From: Selaginella moellendorffii
Taxonomy: Eukaryota; Plantae; Lycopodiophyta
DNA length: 64,000 bases
Direction: 5' to 3'
Assembly: GCF_000143415.4 (NCBI RefSeq)
Contig: NW_003314354.1
Span: 224,575-288,574, forward strand
Positions 15,475-28,021 of this stretch are shown piece after piece (within the stretch, counting starts at the first letter, position 1; each line of letters begins with the position of its first letter). The notes under the pieces are model-generated. The model was given only the letters and a program-made list of their open reading frames with translations. It had not been told where the DNA came from and did no database searches. The translations under genes and the position numbers were made by a program.

Positions 15475-15961
15475 ACCAGTTGCCGACGTGGCACATTTCA
15501 AATTAGAACCACCCGCGTCAGCAAAGCCCTAGCCACGTGGTGCCCAAATGACGTGGACAAGATGTGGCGCCATGCATGCGTTACGGACTGCCGCGTCAGG
15601 AATAGGGTTTATGCAGCTGGGAAGGGAAACATCGATCAGATCCGGCAGCGCTAGCGTCGATCTCGTCGAATCCATGGCAAATTCTAGCGGCGGCAGCCGT
15701 GGCGCCTGCATTTCTGGAATGTAAGTGGATTTTGGGGGGATTTGTTGCTCCTTCTTTCTTTACCAGCACCATAGTCTTCTCTTAGACGAATAATCTCTGT
15801 CACACACACACGAACAGATCTGCGCAGATGATTGCGTCGCACTAGATGTTGTTGATCCCCTGATCGTCGTCGTTTCCACTCGAGTCCCATGAGATGATCC
15901 TCCTCCCTGGTGTGCCGCTGTGATAATCTCAAGAGCGAGTGCCCTCTCCTCCAAGCATCGG

Positions 15962-17456
15962 ATGGCCCCAAACCCATCAGCATTGCTACTGGCTCCCGTC
16001 CCAAACTCCTCCTCTTCTAGGAAGCGCCACGCAGAGGACGGTGGTAGTGGAATTTCCATTGGAGCCGGCCCTGCGACCAAACGGGCTGTCAAAACGCCTG
16101 ATGTTTTGTTTCGCCTCCTTGTCCCTGCAGGGAAGATCGGCAAGGTGATCGGCAAGAAAGGATCGCAGATAAAGAAGCTGAGAGACGAGACTGGCGCTCA
16201 CATCAAAATCGCGGATCCCATGAACGTATGTAAAGTTCTCTCTTTTCGTTACTTCCTTGGGTTGTTTAAGATCTTGGCTAACGTGTTTGATGCATTTGAT
16301 TCCAGACTACCGAGGATCGAGCGGTACTGATATCTTCCAAAAACGAGGGTGTCTCGGACAGAAGTTGTGCCGAGCTTGCTCTCCTTGAAGTCGTCACGAT
16401 CTTACTAAAGGTGACATTTTTTTGATCGCGAATATGTCACTCGTCGCTCTGAACATTTCTCATTTTCTAGGACGGAGATGGTGCGACGCCTTCTGCGGCA
16501 ATTGGTCCTCAGCACCAAGGCTCTCCCAATTTGACCAGGCTGCTCATCGCCGGCTCCCAAGCCGGGAGCTTGATCGGCAAAGCCGGGGCCAACATAAAAA
16601 ACATTCGAGGCTCATCCTCGGCCAGCGTCCGAGTTTTGCCTTCGGACCAGCTCCCGCTTTGCTCGGCAGCTTGTGAGACAGATCGGCTAGTCCAGGTATC
16701 TCTTATTTCTCTTTCCTTTTTGTTCCTCGTCTCAGCTTAGAAGCGCTTCCAGATCTCGGGCGAAGTGGCCGCGGTACAAATGGCCATCGAGCTCGTAGCT
16801 GCCAACTTAAGGTAGTATTTTTTGGGGGTGGGGTGGTGTTGCTTTGCGGCAGACGATAATTTTACTGCTGCGCTCGCAGAGATAATCCACCAAAGGAAAC
16901 TGTGCCTACAAATCCAGAAGCCAAGACGGCATACTTTCTAGGAATCGATGGAAACACCGGACAGCAAGTACTACTCCCGCATTCTTCCGTGGCTGCTGTC
17001 TACGGGCATTCTCCTTCCTCCATGGCTCTCTACGGCCTCCAACCGCATCCTCTCGCAGGTCCAGCATACGCTGGCGGGGTTTTGGCCCAAGCTCCGCCGC
17101 TCTACGCAAATCCTGCCGCTCGACTACCACCGATGCTACCAAAAGTCTCGGCGGAGATGAGCGTTCCCAGCTCGGTCATGGGAGGCCTCATTGGAAAAGG
17201 CGGCTTTCATATCTCCCACATGAGGAGTGTTTCCGGTGCTACCATCAAGGTACGTTTTTTTTCGTTTTTAGCTCCGCTCGATCGATCGGGAAGATCTAAG
17301 TTTTTGTTTCTCGGTTTTGTGAAGGTCAATGGAAGCAAAGAAAGCTCCGTGGAAAGAACCATATTGTTTGAAGGGACTCAAGAGCAAGTAAATGCCGCGC
17401 AAAGTTTGGTTCATGCGTTTCTTAACGGGCAATCGGCCCTTCCTTCGTCGACGTGA
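15962..17456 (+). CDS. Three-KH-domain RNA-binding protein (PCBP/FLK/PEPPER-like)
   Basis: Three KH GxxG loops: KIGKVIGKKGSQIKKLR, AGSLIGKAGANIKNIR and MGGLIGKGGFHISHMRSVSGATIKV. GT-AG introns. Confidence 0.88.
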
Positions 17457-18365
17457 CGATGGATTAGATTAAGGTAAAACAAACTAGGCAATAAAACAAA
17501 TTAGATTTAAAGGGAGGGGTTTTATGTTCTAGTTCTAGCTAGCTTTCTAGCCTGCAAAGGTTTTAGCAAGAAATCAAGCGATCGAGCGAGCCATCATGGC
17601 AGAGGATGTGCTTGCGGGCATCTCATCTACTCCTTTGACGATTTCTGGGAGGCGCTGCCGTCGCTCCTCCAGAGATTTCGGTGGAGAAACTGCGTCCATC
17701 AAGCTCCTGAATGCGTCGCTCCGGCCGCCCGTGGTGAAATATCCCTGCAGAGCTATTCGGCAAGATTGTTCGCGGGCATCCATGTCAGGGTAAGAAAGAG
17801 GGCTTTGATGATATACATTTCGTTGCCTGTGAAGCTAGAGAGGAAAGAGGAGTGTGTTTCATTCTTCTTTTGCTTGACTGAGGTTTCTTTCTTTTCTTCT
17901 CAGCTCTCTAACGAGAAGGTCGACGAGTCCTTCCGAAATGACGGAGTTTTTGTCGGAGAGATTCCGTGTATGATCGGCTCCAAGCTCTCAAACGCCCATG
18001 CCGATGGAAAAATCGATTGTCCTCTTGATCCTGGAGCCTATGTCATCGTCGAGGGAGCTGAGAAGGTTTGGGCTTTCCACCTCTTGGTTTGCTGGAATGA
18101 CTTTCTACAACTTTCCAGGTTGTGATGCCTCAAGACTTGAACTTTGGGCGAGATGCTCCAATCTCTCGGAAGGGCTGCTGGAAGAGCTACGTTGTTTATC
18201 CCAACGAAGGCTTGTCTTTCCGGAACACTTTCACGAGAGTTCTTCTCAAGGAGGACAAAGGAATCATCAACCTGGAGTTGTCTATCATGGGAGCCGATCC
18301 AGTCTGGATCGTCGTAACGCTTCGTGCTCTGGGATTGGCGACGAACAAGAGTGTCCTGGACGTGC
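17455..18365 (+). pseudogene. Inverted, truncated copy of the NRPD2 upstream region and exons 1-3 (parent about 10325-11319)
   Basis: Near-identical sequence including introns (e.g. GEIPCMIGSKLSNAHADGKIDCPLDPG). Exon 1 carries several deletions and frameshifts, and the copy breaks off after SVLDV. Confidence 0.92.
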
Positions 18366-18489
18366 AGAGAGCAGAGAGTAGAGAGCTCATTTGAAGCCTC
18401 AAATAAGAACGTGTACCTCGTTATTGTAGTAAAAAGCATTAACTCATCAATCTTTTAAAAGGATTTTCTCAAAGGAGATTATTTGTCAA

Positions 18490-19345
18490 AAAGTCAATAT
18501 CTTTTCCGTTTTTTCAACTTTAGAAGAATTTGCCTTTCGATGTTTTCTTTCACTTGTTCATTCAAAACACATTTCCAGAATTCAATAGAAATTTCCAACA
18601 GTGAAGCTCCAATCAACAAGTCAACCTCCCCTTCAAGATACTTCAAGTGAAATTCCTTGTTATCCCTCATATCCTCCAGAATCGTCAGACGGTCCTCCAA
18701 CTTCTGTGGGTTGACTTTAGACACCTCTACAAGGTGCAGAGGAGGTTCCACCTGAAGCACCTGTGCAGAAGGGTTGCTAAGCTGCTTTGCCTCCTCCGTC
18801 CGTATTCATCGAACAAGTTGGTCACCTGTTCGTCCTCAATCCCATTGAGGCCTCGCTCAACTTCCCAGCCAAAGTTTCGGTTCAAGAGGCACCTATAAAA
18901 ATGGGCCACGCCATTTTGTTCCGCCCAGCTGTTGCAGTCCCTGAACGCAGTTCCTGTCTGAGCTCGCATTGACTCAAAACAGCCAGGTCATTGGCTGTCT
19001 TGAGGGTGGAGATTAGAAATCCAACCTCCGCAACAGTCAACAGCGCCTCTAGCCAGTCTTCAGTGATGTCACCAGTCGTCTTCCTGCAGGAAGAAAAATG
19101 TCCGCTCTTGATTTTCCGTGACTTCCTCTGGTCCTTCTTCATGCCCTGCTTTTCCCTCGCCCACCAAAAACTCGTATGTGATGCAATCCATGCTGGACTC
19201 TGAAGCTCCACAGGCTGTCCCAATGGCTCCCATGATGATGTTTTCCTCCTTGTGAGACTCCACAATGAATCGCTGAACAGCTACTTTCAACCTGTGAGAC
19301 AGACAGTCAATGCTCGTCTGTAGCAGATCAAACAACACAAAGGTA
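18490..19345 (-). mobile_element. Possible degenerate hAT-like transposase remnant
   Basis: Broken ORF fragments including DCLSHRLKVAVQRF, which resembles the hAT CxxHxLxLxVQ motif. No TIRs identified. Confidence 0.25.
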
Positions 19346-19394
19346 TTGTGTTGTTGATCAGATATGCTTATAATTTCGAATTGTGTCTTCGCTT

Positions 19395-20929
19395 TGCTTC
19401 CTGGACAACGAGGGAGTGAATCTCAGCGAGCCCGGCACAGTGAAAGCTCTTGGATTGATCAGGATGGCACTCAAAGTTCCCGACGAAGCTCTGGAAGAAT
19501 TCGTAGAGTCTTGCGATATCGTCCCGGAGTGGTTTCTCAGCCTCTATCATCCCAGGTAAGGTTCATCTCGTTTTGCAGGCCAACCAGCTCAAAGCCTCGC
19601 GCTACTTCAGTCGCTTTCGAAGCATGCAGTTCTCCTTGTGTGAACAAATTACCGACGTGGCACATTGCATCCTCCAATTAGAACCGCCCAGCCCTCATTC
19701 CTTTTATTAGAGCGAGACACGTAAGCGTGTGCCCTGTATATAGAGTATCATCCTTTTGGTACCTCCACGGCCAGACGGAGGATGTTAAGGATGAGCCACT
19801 CTCCCCTGGAGCCACACTTATCACCCGAAAAGATGAGCTTTGCAAGCTCCTTGTACCACGGATGCTGATCCATTCCTTTGAGGAACACTTCGGCTTGGTC
19901 CATGCTGGCGGCCGGATTGATATCCTTTGCAGCCTCTTTGTCATGGAGAGCCTGTCCAGAGAAGGAGATACCAGCTGAGAAAGAAAAGAATCTGTGAGGA
20001 AAATTTTACCTTGAGAGCAGCGTACTTCCGGCGGAATGTAAATGGACGTAATGTGTCGGACGAGTCGCAAAACTCGTACAGCTGCTTGTTGAATTTGTGT
20101 TGCAAAGCTGAGAACTTCATCTCTTTCCCAAGTATGGAGCCCAGCTGCTGGAGGCTGTAGTCCTCAAGAGCTTTGGGTGGCATGCCCGTGACGGTCGGCT
20201 CCACACCTGGCTTGGGTTGGGCGTCTTCACCTTTGGATCTAGATGCATTCCAAACAGGGAAACATCAACCACAAAGTTCAGTGAAGTTGAAAACACGTAC
20301 TTTTCACATACCACGCGCCTGGCTTCTATCCGGTACTCGTTGATCAAGGCAGAGTTCTTTGCTTCTTCTTCAGACTCGTTAAACATTGGAATCAGACTCA
20401 CAGCCAAAGGGGGAACTGGCGTTTTCTTTTTCGTCTTCTCGTGCTTGGGAGGAGTTAGCGGAAAAGCTGGTAGCACACCATCGTTCCCCATTCCATTGGC
20501 ATCCTTTGATTCTCAGCGGGAGAACCACATGATTCCCTTCGTCCTCAACAACGTCAAACAACGTCGGTTTCTTCGTTTCCTGGTAGCCTCCTTTGTAGAC
20601 TCTATAACACTTTGGCAGCAGCGATCTATCTCGTACTAAATCCGGGACACCTGGAAAACAAAGACGAAAACGAAAGAAGTCGATATCAACCTCGGCTTAA
20701 GTATACCAACTGGGCGATACGGAACAAATCGCGGAGAAAGCAATCCAATCCCATCCACACTCTCCAGTTGCATTTCGATCCCAGGCTTGGACCAAGGATC
20801 TATGGTGTGCTGTGGCAACTTCCATCATCCAAACTTTGGAACAGACCTTGCTCTACAGGAATCCCGGCTCGTCACCCTCCTCGCCTCCGCCATGGCAAAC
20901 CACTTCGGCCGAAGTGCCGCCTCAGCCCT
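19395..20929. pseudogene. Second copy of gene X: 5' part on minus (19758-20929), 3' end flipped onto plus (19395-19680)
   Basis: Near-identical ORF translations (e.g. 14672..14935+ versus 19941..20204-). 19395-19680 matches 15215-15505 in direct orientation. Confidence 0.9.
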
Positions 20930-21642
20930 TCTGTGGTTTAGGGTACGTGGTTTACGTGGTACCCTAAACCACGTACCACATATGGTTTAGTGTGTTGTGT
21001 CGCAACGCAGTCTCCACTAAAGACCCACCAGGAAACCACCGTTCAGAGCCTGAACACGACATTGCTTCTATAGCTGGAATGGAGAGAAGTATAAAAGCCT
21101 ACCTCTTCTTCGGCCGATACAGCTCCTCGGGTACACAGCTCACCGCCTAGAAACGATCAGGGAGAAAGTTATAGCCAGCGAGAAGCGAACGGAATGTAAC
21201 TTACACGTCAAGCTGTGATCGTAGTAGACCGGGAGGTCGTAGCGGCCGAGCCAGAGACGCGCGTGAGCGCTGGCATTGACAATCGTGTAGTAGTGCGGGA
21301 GTGTTGAGTGTGGCGGCCGGTGCAGCAGCAGCGAGCGTAGGAGCTGGTTGGACCGGATCCCGCGCAGCAGCAGCCTGGCCTCGCTCACACGTAATGGAGA
21401 AGTGGTAACTTCGTCGCATGGGTACGCTGGTGGCACTTCGGGCAAGGCGTTCCTGTGTGAGTACTCCTCCTCCACTATGTCTCCTAGCCGTCTGTAAGTG
21501 GCAACAGCAGCCCAGTTCCATCCCAGGTTCGTCACTGGCAAATAGAAAAAGTAGTCACTCTCCGTCAGCTTGGAGAGAACATCATCCAGTCCAACGGCTA
21601 GACTCGCTCCTGATCCCTTCCCTGTTACTAAGTAACAACAAA

Positions 21643-21859
21643 ATGCGTTAGCACTGCACTCGGGTCAAAACTTACGTACGGCCACCATGCAGCTCCTGCC
21701 ATCCTGGAATGGGTTAGCACAGCACTCGGCTCAAAACTTACGTACCGCCACCATGCCCCTCCTTCCTGCCATTCTGGAATGCGTAAGCACAGGCACTCTG
21801 GGTCAAAATTTACGTACCGCCACCACGCCGCGAGCTGCATCCTTTCTGCCGCTCTGGAA
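21643..21859 (-). repeat. Three tandem units of about 66-80 bp, each a mini-exon plus short intron
   Basis: Plus-strand unit: t(t/a)agcac...gcactc..g.tcaaaa.ttacgtac.gccacca...tgcc..ctggaa. On minus each unit has a GTACGT donor and a GCTAAC/GCTTAC branch-like site, and each exon is preceded by TTCCAG. Confidence 0.8.
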
Positions 21860-23139
21860 AAACACGAATCATCCATAGAGGAAAGAAATCAAAGGAAGAA
21901 AAACCATGATACCAAAGTAGAGGGGCTCCAGGGAGGGCCGCACAGGCTCGAGGGGGGCGGTCCTCCATGACAAGTTGGCCCGGTCGATGAGGAGCAGCGG
22001 CATCCATGCGCACGCGCACGCCTTTGCTGCCACAAAAGCGCTCCCAAAACATCTGCAGCGGCTTCCCAACCTCGTCATCTCCATCGCAAGCACGAAAGTC
22101 GTGGCCCAGCAGCTCCCCAGCAAACTCCACCACAAGATCACACGCAACCTGAGAAGTCGGCGGAAGGGATTTTCGGAGCCCTTCACGCTCCTCAGGGGGC
22201 AGGCTTCCCAGGTAGAGGATTGACACGAAGGAGAAGAGGGTGTGGTCGTTAGCAGGCGGATAGAAGAGGTAGCCCAGGATGTGCGCATGCGCGCTTGGCT
22301 TCGAGGAAGCCAGTGGGAGCGATCCTCCAGACACTATATGGTAATGTCATTTACTTTCTCATTCATTCGATCAAAATGCATTCCTGGTTTAGGCCTGTGA
22401 AGCTACTAAGCTCTTCAAGTTCCTACTAAGCGCGTCAAGTTCCTACTAGGAATCGTTCCCTGGCAGAATTTTGCCACTAGTTTTGCTGCGGGACCAAACA
22501 AATATATCCTTTTGCTGAGCTTTTCCTCTCGAAGATGAGAGAAGAAGGACCCTCGGTTGGCTCGGTTCTATCTTCGAAAGATTGAATGACACAAGATGGG
22601 CTGGACATTTCGAATGATGTTTTCGCGGGAAAATGCTGACGTGGTCTTAGCTTGAAGTCCTTACAAACAAGCTTGGCTATCGTTTGTCCCCATTCCACGC
22701 CAGGAGCATATCCGCGTCGAATCCATTCTGCTCGCCACTGGAGATAGATCGCTGCGCTGCGTTTGCTCCGACTATAAATGTTGTGAGACGCCTCTTGAGT
22801 TGCGCCTTCGTCTTCTCCACCATTCTTCGTCCTTCCCCGTAACGCCTCTAGTCTCTTTCTCGGGCTTTTCTCCGCACAACTCGCGAGATGTGACTTCGAG
22901 AGCTTGGGTGTGTTGAGCTTCCTCCTGTGCCTGTGCCCACCAGTCCTCCACAGCTTGAAGATAACTCCCCACACGCCACCTCTGCCAGAGGAATCGCTTA
23001 CGAGCATTGCCTCCATACCTGAGGTAGCCGCTTTAAAGGCTCGCGATCTGTCGTCCACCACCGCTTGTCGAGGCGTAAGCTCCAAGTCTCCGCTTCCCGG
23101 CCGTGCTTTTGCCTAGCAGCGATAGCGATAGCAACAACA

Positions 23140-23575
23140 ATGCCTTCTCCGGTAGAAGCAGCAGCAGCTTGTCCGACTCCTCCTCTTGCTCGGACAACGA
23201 ATCTCTCTGCTCCTACCGTCGCCTCAGGAGCGCCATGCGCCCTTCCTCTTCCTCCACCTCCAGCTCCTGCGCGAGGGATCGCTCCAGCAGCAATCGCGAG
23301 CTCGCGGCTAGGAGGAGCGGCGTCATTTCTCTCGGCCTCGTTCACCACGGCGGACTCATCTGCGGTGGCAGGGAAGTGTGGAGACAGTCGGATCCTTGTC
23401 ACGTTGAGGAGCAAGCTTCGCGCCGCTGCTTGTGGCTGGAGACAAGCTCTTTGAACAGCACTCGGGACAAGAAGATCCGAGTGTGGCGGCTATCCAAATC
23501 CAACCACATGCAGCACACTCTCGTCGTCGCAACGCTTCTGACTCTCAAGGACCTGGTAGCAGAATTTGACAGAGT
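23140..23575 (+). pseudogene. Fragment of a JINGUBANG-like WD40 protein gene
   Basis: RDKKIRVWRLSKSNHMQHTLVVATLLTLKD resembles the HQDxKIRVW...HKxxxTLPTLKD segment of this plant WD40 family. Ser-rich N-terminus; truncated. Confidence 0.55.
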
Positions 23576-23614
23576 CAACGTCGTGGTCGAGGTGAGAACA
23601 AACATAGTGAGCTG

Positions 23615-24435
23615 TGTACTTCCGGCGGAATGTAAATGGAGTCGCAAAACTCGTACAGCTGCTTGTTGAATTTGTGTTGCAAAGCCGAGAGCTTCATCTC
23701 TTTCCCAAGTATGGAGCCCAGGCTGCAGTCCTGGCATGCCCGTGACAGTCGACTCCACACCTGGCCTGGGTTGAGCGTCTTCACCTTTGGATCTAGATAC
23801 ATTCCAAACAGGGAAACATCAACCACAAAGCTCTGAATCAGTGAAATTGAAAACACGTACTTTTCATATGCCACGCGCCTGGCTTCCATCCGGTACTCGT
23901 TGATCAAGGCAGTGTTCTTTGCTTCTTCTTCAGACTCGTTAAACTTTGGAATCAGACTCACAGGCAGACGGGGGACTGGCGGTTTCCAAGTCTCACGCAA
24001 GAAATAATCTCCCACTCTGCGTTGTTCCTGTTGGAAAACACTTTAAAAGGCAGCACAAAAATCGTTGGAGCCGTGACTAGCGGAGAAGCTGGTAGCACAC
24101 CATCGTTCCCCATTCCATTGACATAGCGAGAGAATCACAAGGTCAACTCTATAAATCTCGTACTAAATCCGGGAAACCTGGAAACCAAAGAAGAAAAAGA
24201 AAGAAAATGATCACAACCTCGACTGAAAGAAAGTTCACGCTTACCAACAGGCAAATCGCACGCTCTCCAGTTGCATTTCGATCCCAGGCTTGGACCAAGG
24301 ATCTATGGCGCACTACGGCAACTTCCATCCTCCAAACTTTGGAACAGACCTCGCTCTACAGGAATCCCGGCTCGTCACCCTCCTAGCCTCCACTACTTCG
24401 GCCGAAGTGCCACCTCAGCCCTCCTAACGCTAGAT
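23615..24435 (-). pseudogene. Third, most deleted copy of gene X, directly downstream of the exostosin gene
   Basis: GDYFLRETW...ESEEEAKNTALINEYRMEARRVAYEK...HKFNKQLYEFCDS with multiple deletions. Confidence 0.88.
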
Positions 24436-25548
24436 TCAATCCACATAGCGACTGACGTGGCGCCGGCGCCATAGCTGGTACAAGACCATGTAGAACGCGT
24501 CCTCCGGCTGTGGCGGCGAGTGCCACTCCATATGCTTCGCTGCTCTAGCCCCATTTTCCTGCAACCTCGAGAGCTTTTCTTCATCGATCGATTCTAGAAT
24601 GGCCTTGGTCTGGTGGAGCTGGTCGCGGCTGAGGACGATCGCGAAGCTATTCCAGTCCAGAATGTCCTGGAACGGCAGATCGGACAGCTTCCCCGCGGAG
24701 AAGATGACCGGAATGCATCCCGATCGGACGGCCGGGATGACGAGGTGCCGATCGCTGGAGCCAAGGCTGAGACAAAACCTTGTTGTCACTAGCAGCTGTA
24801 GATCCATTTTCACTGCGCCAGCGACGAAGCTCTCGTCGGATTTCCAAGACGCTGGAACATCACTCGCCGCGTAGCCCTGGGAGCTGGAATCGTACACCGC
24901 GAGATTCCACCGACGGCGCTGGGGAGGATCGATCGATCCTCCTGCGGGCGGCATTGTGATGTCCTTGTGCGCGAGGAATTCCTGCGCTCCATGCCTGGCC
25001 AGTGGAAAGCAGGCGATCTGGATCGCGTTCTTCTTGAGCTCAAGAACATTCCTGGACCAGTCGCTCGTAATATCGTGGCACGAGACGAAGAAGTGATCCG
25101 CCCCGAGCGATCGCTGCCAATACGGGTAGAGATCTCGCAGCTGCTGGATGTAAGACTTGAGGGAGTGAGCGATCCCTTTCGGATCGGGCCTCTTCTTCCA
25201 GATCGCCGAGATCGACGCTGGCAGGAGAAACAAGTCCGCCGCCTCCGGATCATCCGTCACAAACCCTGAGGCCAGCAGCGAATCCACAAAGACTCGATCT
25301 ATCGAACCTGGCCGTGCTGCCTTCCCATCTCGCAAATCTGGAGCGCTGGCGTTCTGGATCATCGGGTAGACGTAGACCTTGAAGCGATCTAGAAACTCCT
25401 GGTAGTCCCGTGCAAGAAACGCTGGAGAATGGTAGAGACTGCGATCAAGATCGCTAGCTCCCTCGAAATCCAGCAAGAACGCGAGAGAAATCGAAGCATC
25501 GATGAGGAAAAAGAGAAAGAACAAGGATGATCCGCCATTGCCAGCCAT
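24436..25548 (-). CDS. Exostosin-family glycosyltransferase (GT47), intronless
   Basis: N-terminal hydrophobic anchor, FKVYVY, DPEAADLFLLP, YPYWQRSLGADHFFVSCHD, RFCL, GCIPV, LPFQDILDWNSFA and DAFYMVLYQLWRRR. Confidence 0.92.
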   Translation of the reverse strand: MAGNGGSSLFFLFFLIDASISLAFLLDFEGASDLDRSLYHSPAFLARDYQEFLDRFKVYVYPMIQNASAPDLRDGKAARPGSIDRVFVDSLLASGFVTDDPEAADLFLLPASISAIWKKRPDPKGIAHSLKSYIQQLRDLYPYWQRSLGADHFFVSCHDITSDWSRNVLELKKNAIQIACFPLARHGAQEFLAHKDITMPPAGGSIDPPQRRRWNLAVYDSSSQGYAASDVPASWKSDESFVAGAVKMDLQLLVTTRFCLSLGSSDRHLVIPAVRSGCIPVIFSAGKLSDLPFQDILDWNSFAIVLSRDQLHQTKAILESIDEEKLSRLQENGARAAKHMEWHSPPQPEDAFYMVLYQLWRRRHVSRYVD

Positions 25549-25776
25549 AGCCGGAGCTCGACTTTCCTTGCTGGAAATATTCTCTTCAAACAAAGCCTGG
25601 CATTGACACGGCAATGTATTATTTGCCTTTGATTGATCGTTGGAGTGATGGCTTAGGAGGAATCGAGCCTTGGATCATTTGTATGAGATATTTCCAGGGT
25701 ATATCCACGGACGAAGATCCAGTCCCGCCTTATGGCTCGTCTATGAGCCCTAGTTTGATGCTGCGTCTTCGCGGCG

Positions 25777-27823
25777 ATGCTTTCTAGCTTGATTTCCAGC
25801 TCCAGAGCCAGGGTTTGTCGATGCGCGCAGCGCTGCCGCGGATTACCGGGCCGGAGCTTGCTGGGTGAGGAATGCGGCGAGGTATTTGGGATCCGGCGCA
25901 GCGTTCTTGTGTCGTGCTACAGGAAGGAGGCTGATTTGCGGAAGAGCGACGGCCGTGAGGAGAATTCCAATGCCAGGCCGCCCCTGACGTACTTCATCGC
26001 GAAATATTCTCGGGGATCATTCCGATTCGAGCAGCGACGATGTAAGTTCCAGCATTGCCCGTATTTTGCCAGTATCGGCATTTTGCGCTACTTAATATGT
26101 GCTTGTGTGTAGTTCACAACTCCGGCACGTCTCATCGAGGAGAAGAAGAAGAACAAGAGAGCGATCCACAACCCGCCGTAGTTCATGGCCATAGGTGAAG
26201 TTACAAACTTTCCTTTCTCTTATAGTTCTTCACGTATATTGTTTTGCGTGGCAGTGAAAGGGCTGTAGTGACTGCGCTTTGGTGCAATTTTCTAGTTCTG
26301 TCTCTAAAGTGTGGCGTCTGGTTTATGACTGGAAGCCATGTTATGCTCGCGGAAGCAGTACATTCTCTAGCGGATCTAGCGAACCAGGTCTCGTGAATTT
26401 TCTGATAGCAGCCTTTTGCTTATCCAGAATGATTTTTCTTTCCAGGGGTTGCTTGCGTATGGTCTCGTCAGCTCAAAGCGTGCTCCAGATGCCCTTCATC
26501 CGTGAGTGTTAGTTCCACTTGCCATTCCAATTTTCATTTATACTGACGGTTGTTCTTTTGTTCGCTTTTCAGGTATGGTTACTCCAAAGAACGCTTCGTT
26601 TGGTCGCTGATATCAGCTGTCGGGATATTTTGTCTGGGCTCTGGCGCAACAATTGTCCACGGAATTTCCAACTTATGGCAAGCTGAGGTATCTTTGTTCT
26701 ATTTTTCAGGCTTTGCACGTAACGTCCTTTTTTTATTGTGTGTGTAGCCTATCGACAACATCTTTTCTGCTGCCATTGTCATTGGTGGTTCAATGTTAAT
26801 GGAAGGTAATGACGAAATGTATGCGCGGATTATTACGGTGCTCCTTGCAGGAGCTTCACTCTACGTGGCTGTGAACGCTGTGCGGCAAGGAGCTGCGTCG
26901 GAAGGAATGAAGTTTCAAGAGTACATTTGGCGTGGTCACGATCCAACATCCGTGGCTGTCATGATGGAGGTACTTCATAATACAATTCATTTCTAGAGTT
27001 TTACCTTCGAATCATTTTCAGGATGGTGCTGCGGTCACTGGCTTGTTTATAGCTGCTATGTCGCTGACTGCTGTGCATTTAACGGGCAATCCAATCTGGG
27101 ACCCTCTTGGATCTATACTCGTGGGAAATCTTCTCGGAATGGTAAGATTGTGTTAGTCAAGACATGAACATAACCCGTGCCCACACGCGAACAGGTGGCA
27201 GTTTTTCTGATTCAACGAAATCGCCATGCTCTCCTTGGTCGCTCAATGGAACCCAAGGATGTGCAACGCGTGTTGGACTTGCTTGCATCAGATCCTGTAA
27301 GTTAGCTATCTATAGACCTTCAAGCCTCAAATAAGCGAAAATGCAGGTTGTTGATGCGGTCTATGACTGTAAGAGCGAGGTGATCGGGCCAGGATCGTAC
27401 AGATTCAAGGCAGAAATCGGTAACGTCTGTTGATCTCGTCGAACTGCGCTAAGATTGTCCATTCGCAGATTTTGACGGTGTAGTAGTTGTACATAATTAC
27501 TTGCAACGGACGGGGCGAGAAGCCTGGATAAAGGAGGTCTGTTCGTGACTTGGCCCTCTTTCACTTTTTATCAATCTTCGTTCTCCTTGTTTAGTTTCAG
27601 AATGCTGCGAAAGACCCTGCTGCTTTGGAGACCGCACTTGCAAACTACGGTAATGCAAATTTTATTTTCTCCAGTCTGTTCTTATGGTTTTCTTGCAGGA
27701 GAAGAAGTGGTGGCTGCTCTGGGCTCCGAAGTGGACAGACTAGAGAAAGACATCCAGAAGATCGTTCCTGGCGTTCGGCATGTAGATATCGAGGCTCACA
27801 ATCCCAAAGGTCCACTTCCATAA
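25777..27823 (+). CDS. MTP7: Metal tolerance protein 7 / MTPC4 (CDF family, ZnT9-like)
   Basis: SERAVVTALWCNF, SHVMLAEAVHSLADLANQ, HPYGYSKERFVWSLISAVGIFCLGSG, GHDPTSVAVMMEDGAAVTG, DCKSEVIGPG and RHVDIEAHNP. Confidence 0.93.
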
Positions 27824-28021
27824 AAGGGATTTTGCTAATACTTTTCTTGTGAAACTAACGACCTTTGACTGGAGTTCGCGGGGAAAAAAAGTATGAAACA
27901 AAGAAGCTATGATTCGGCCGAAGTTGGGATGAGCGGCTGAGATTTCTCTTCACTAACTGACATTTCTGGAATCAGATTTAGGTTTCTCCGGTTTCAGGTG
28001 GTGCAAAACTTTGCTTCCACG

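Noticed and set aside
21643-21859. CRISPR-like repeat-spacer appearance
   Set aside because: Eukaryotic context, no cas genes, and the variable parts are homologous to each other.
22400-22450. Short imperfect tandem (tcaagttcctacta x2)
   Set aside because: Too short to interpret; ordinary slippage.
21140-23085. ORFs 21140-21541, 21810-22334 and 22477-23085 (minus)
   Set aside because: They look like gene debris, but I could not assign a family or a coherent gene model.
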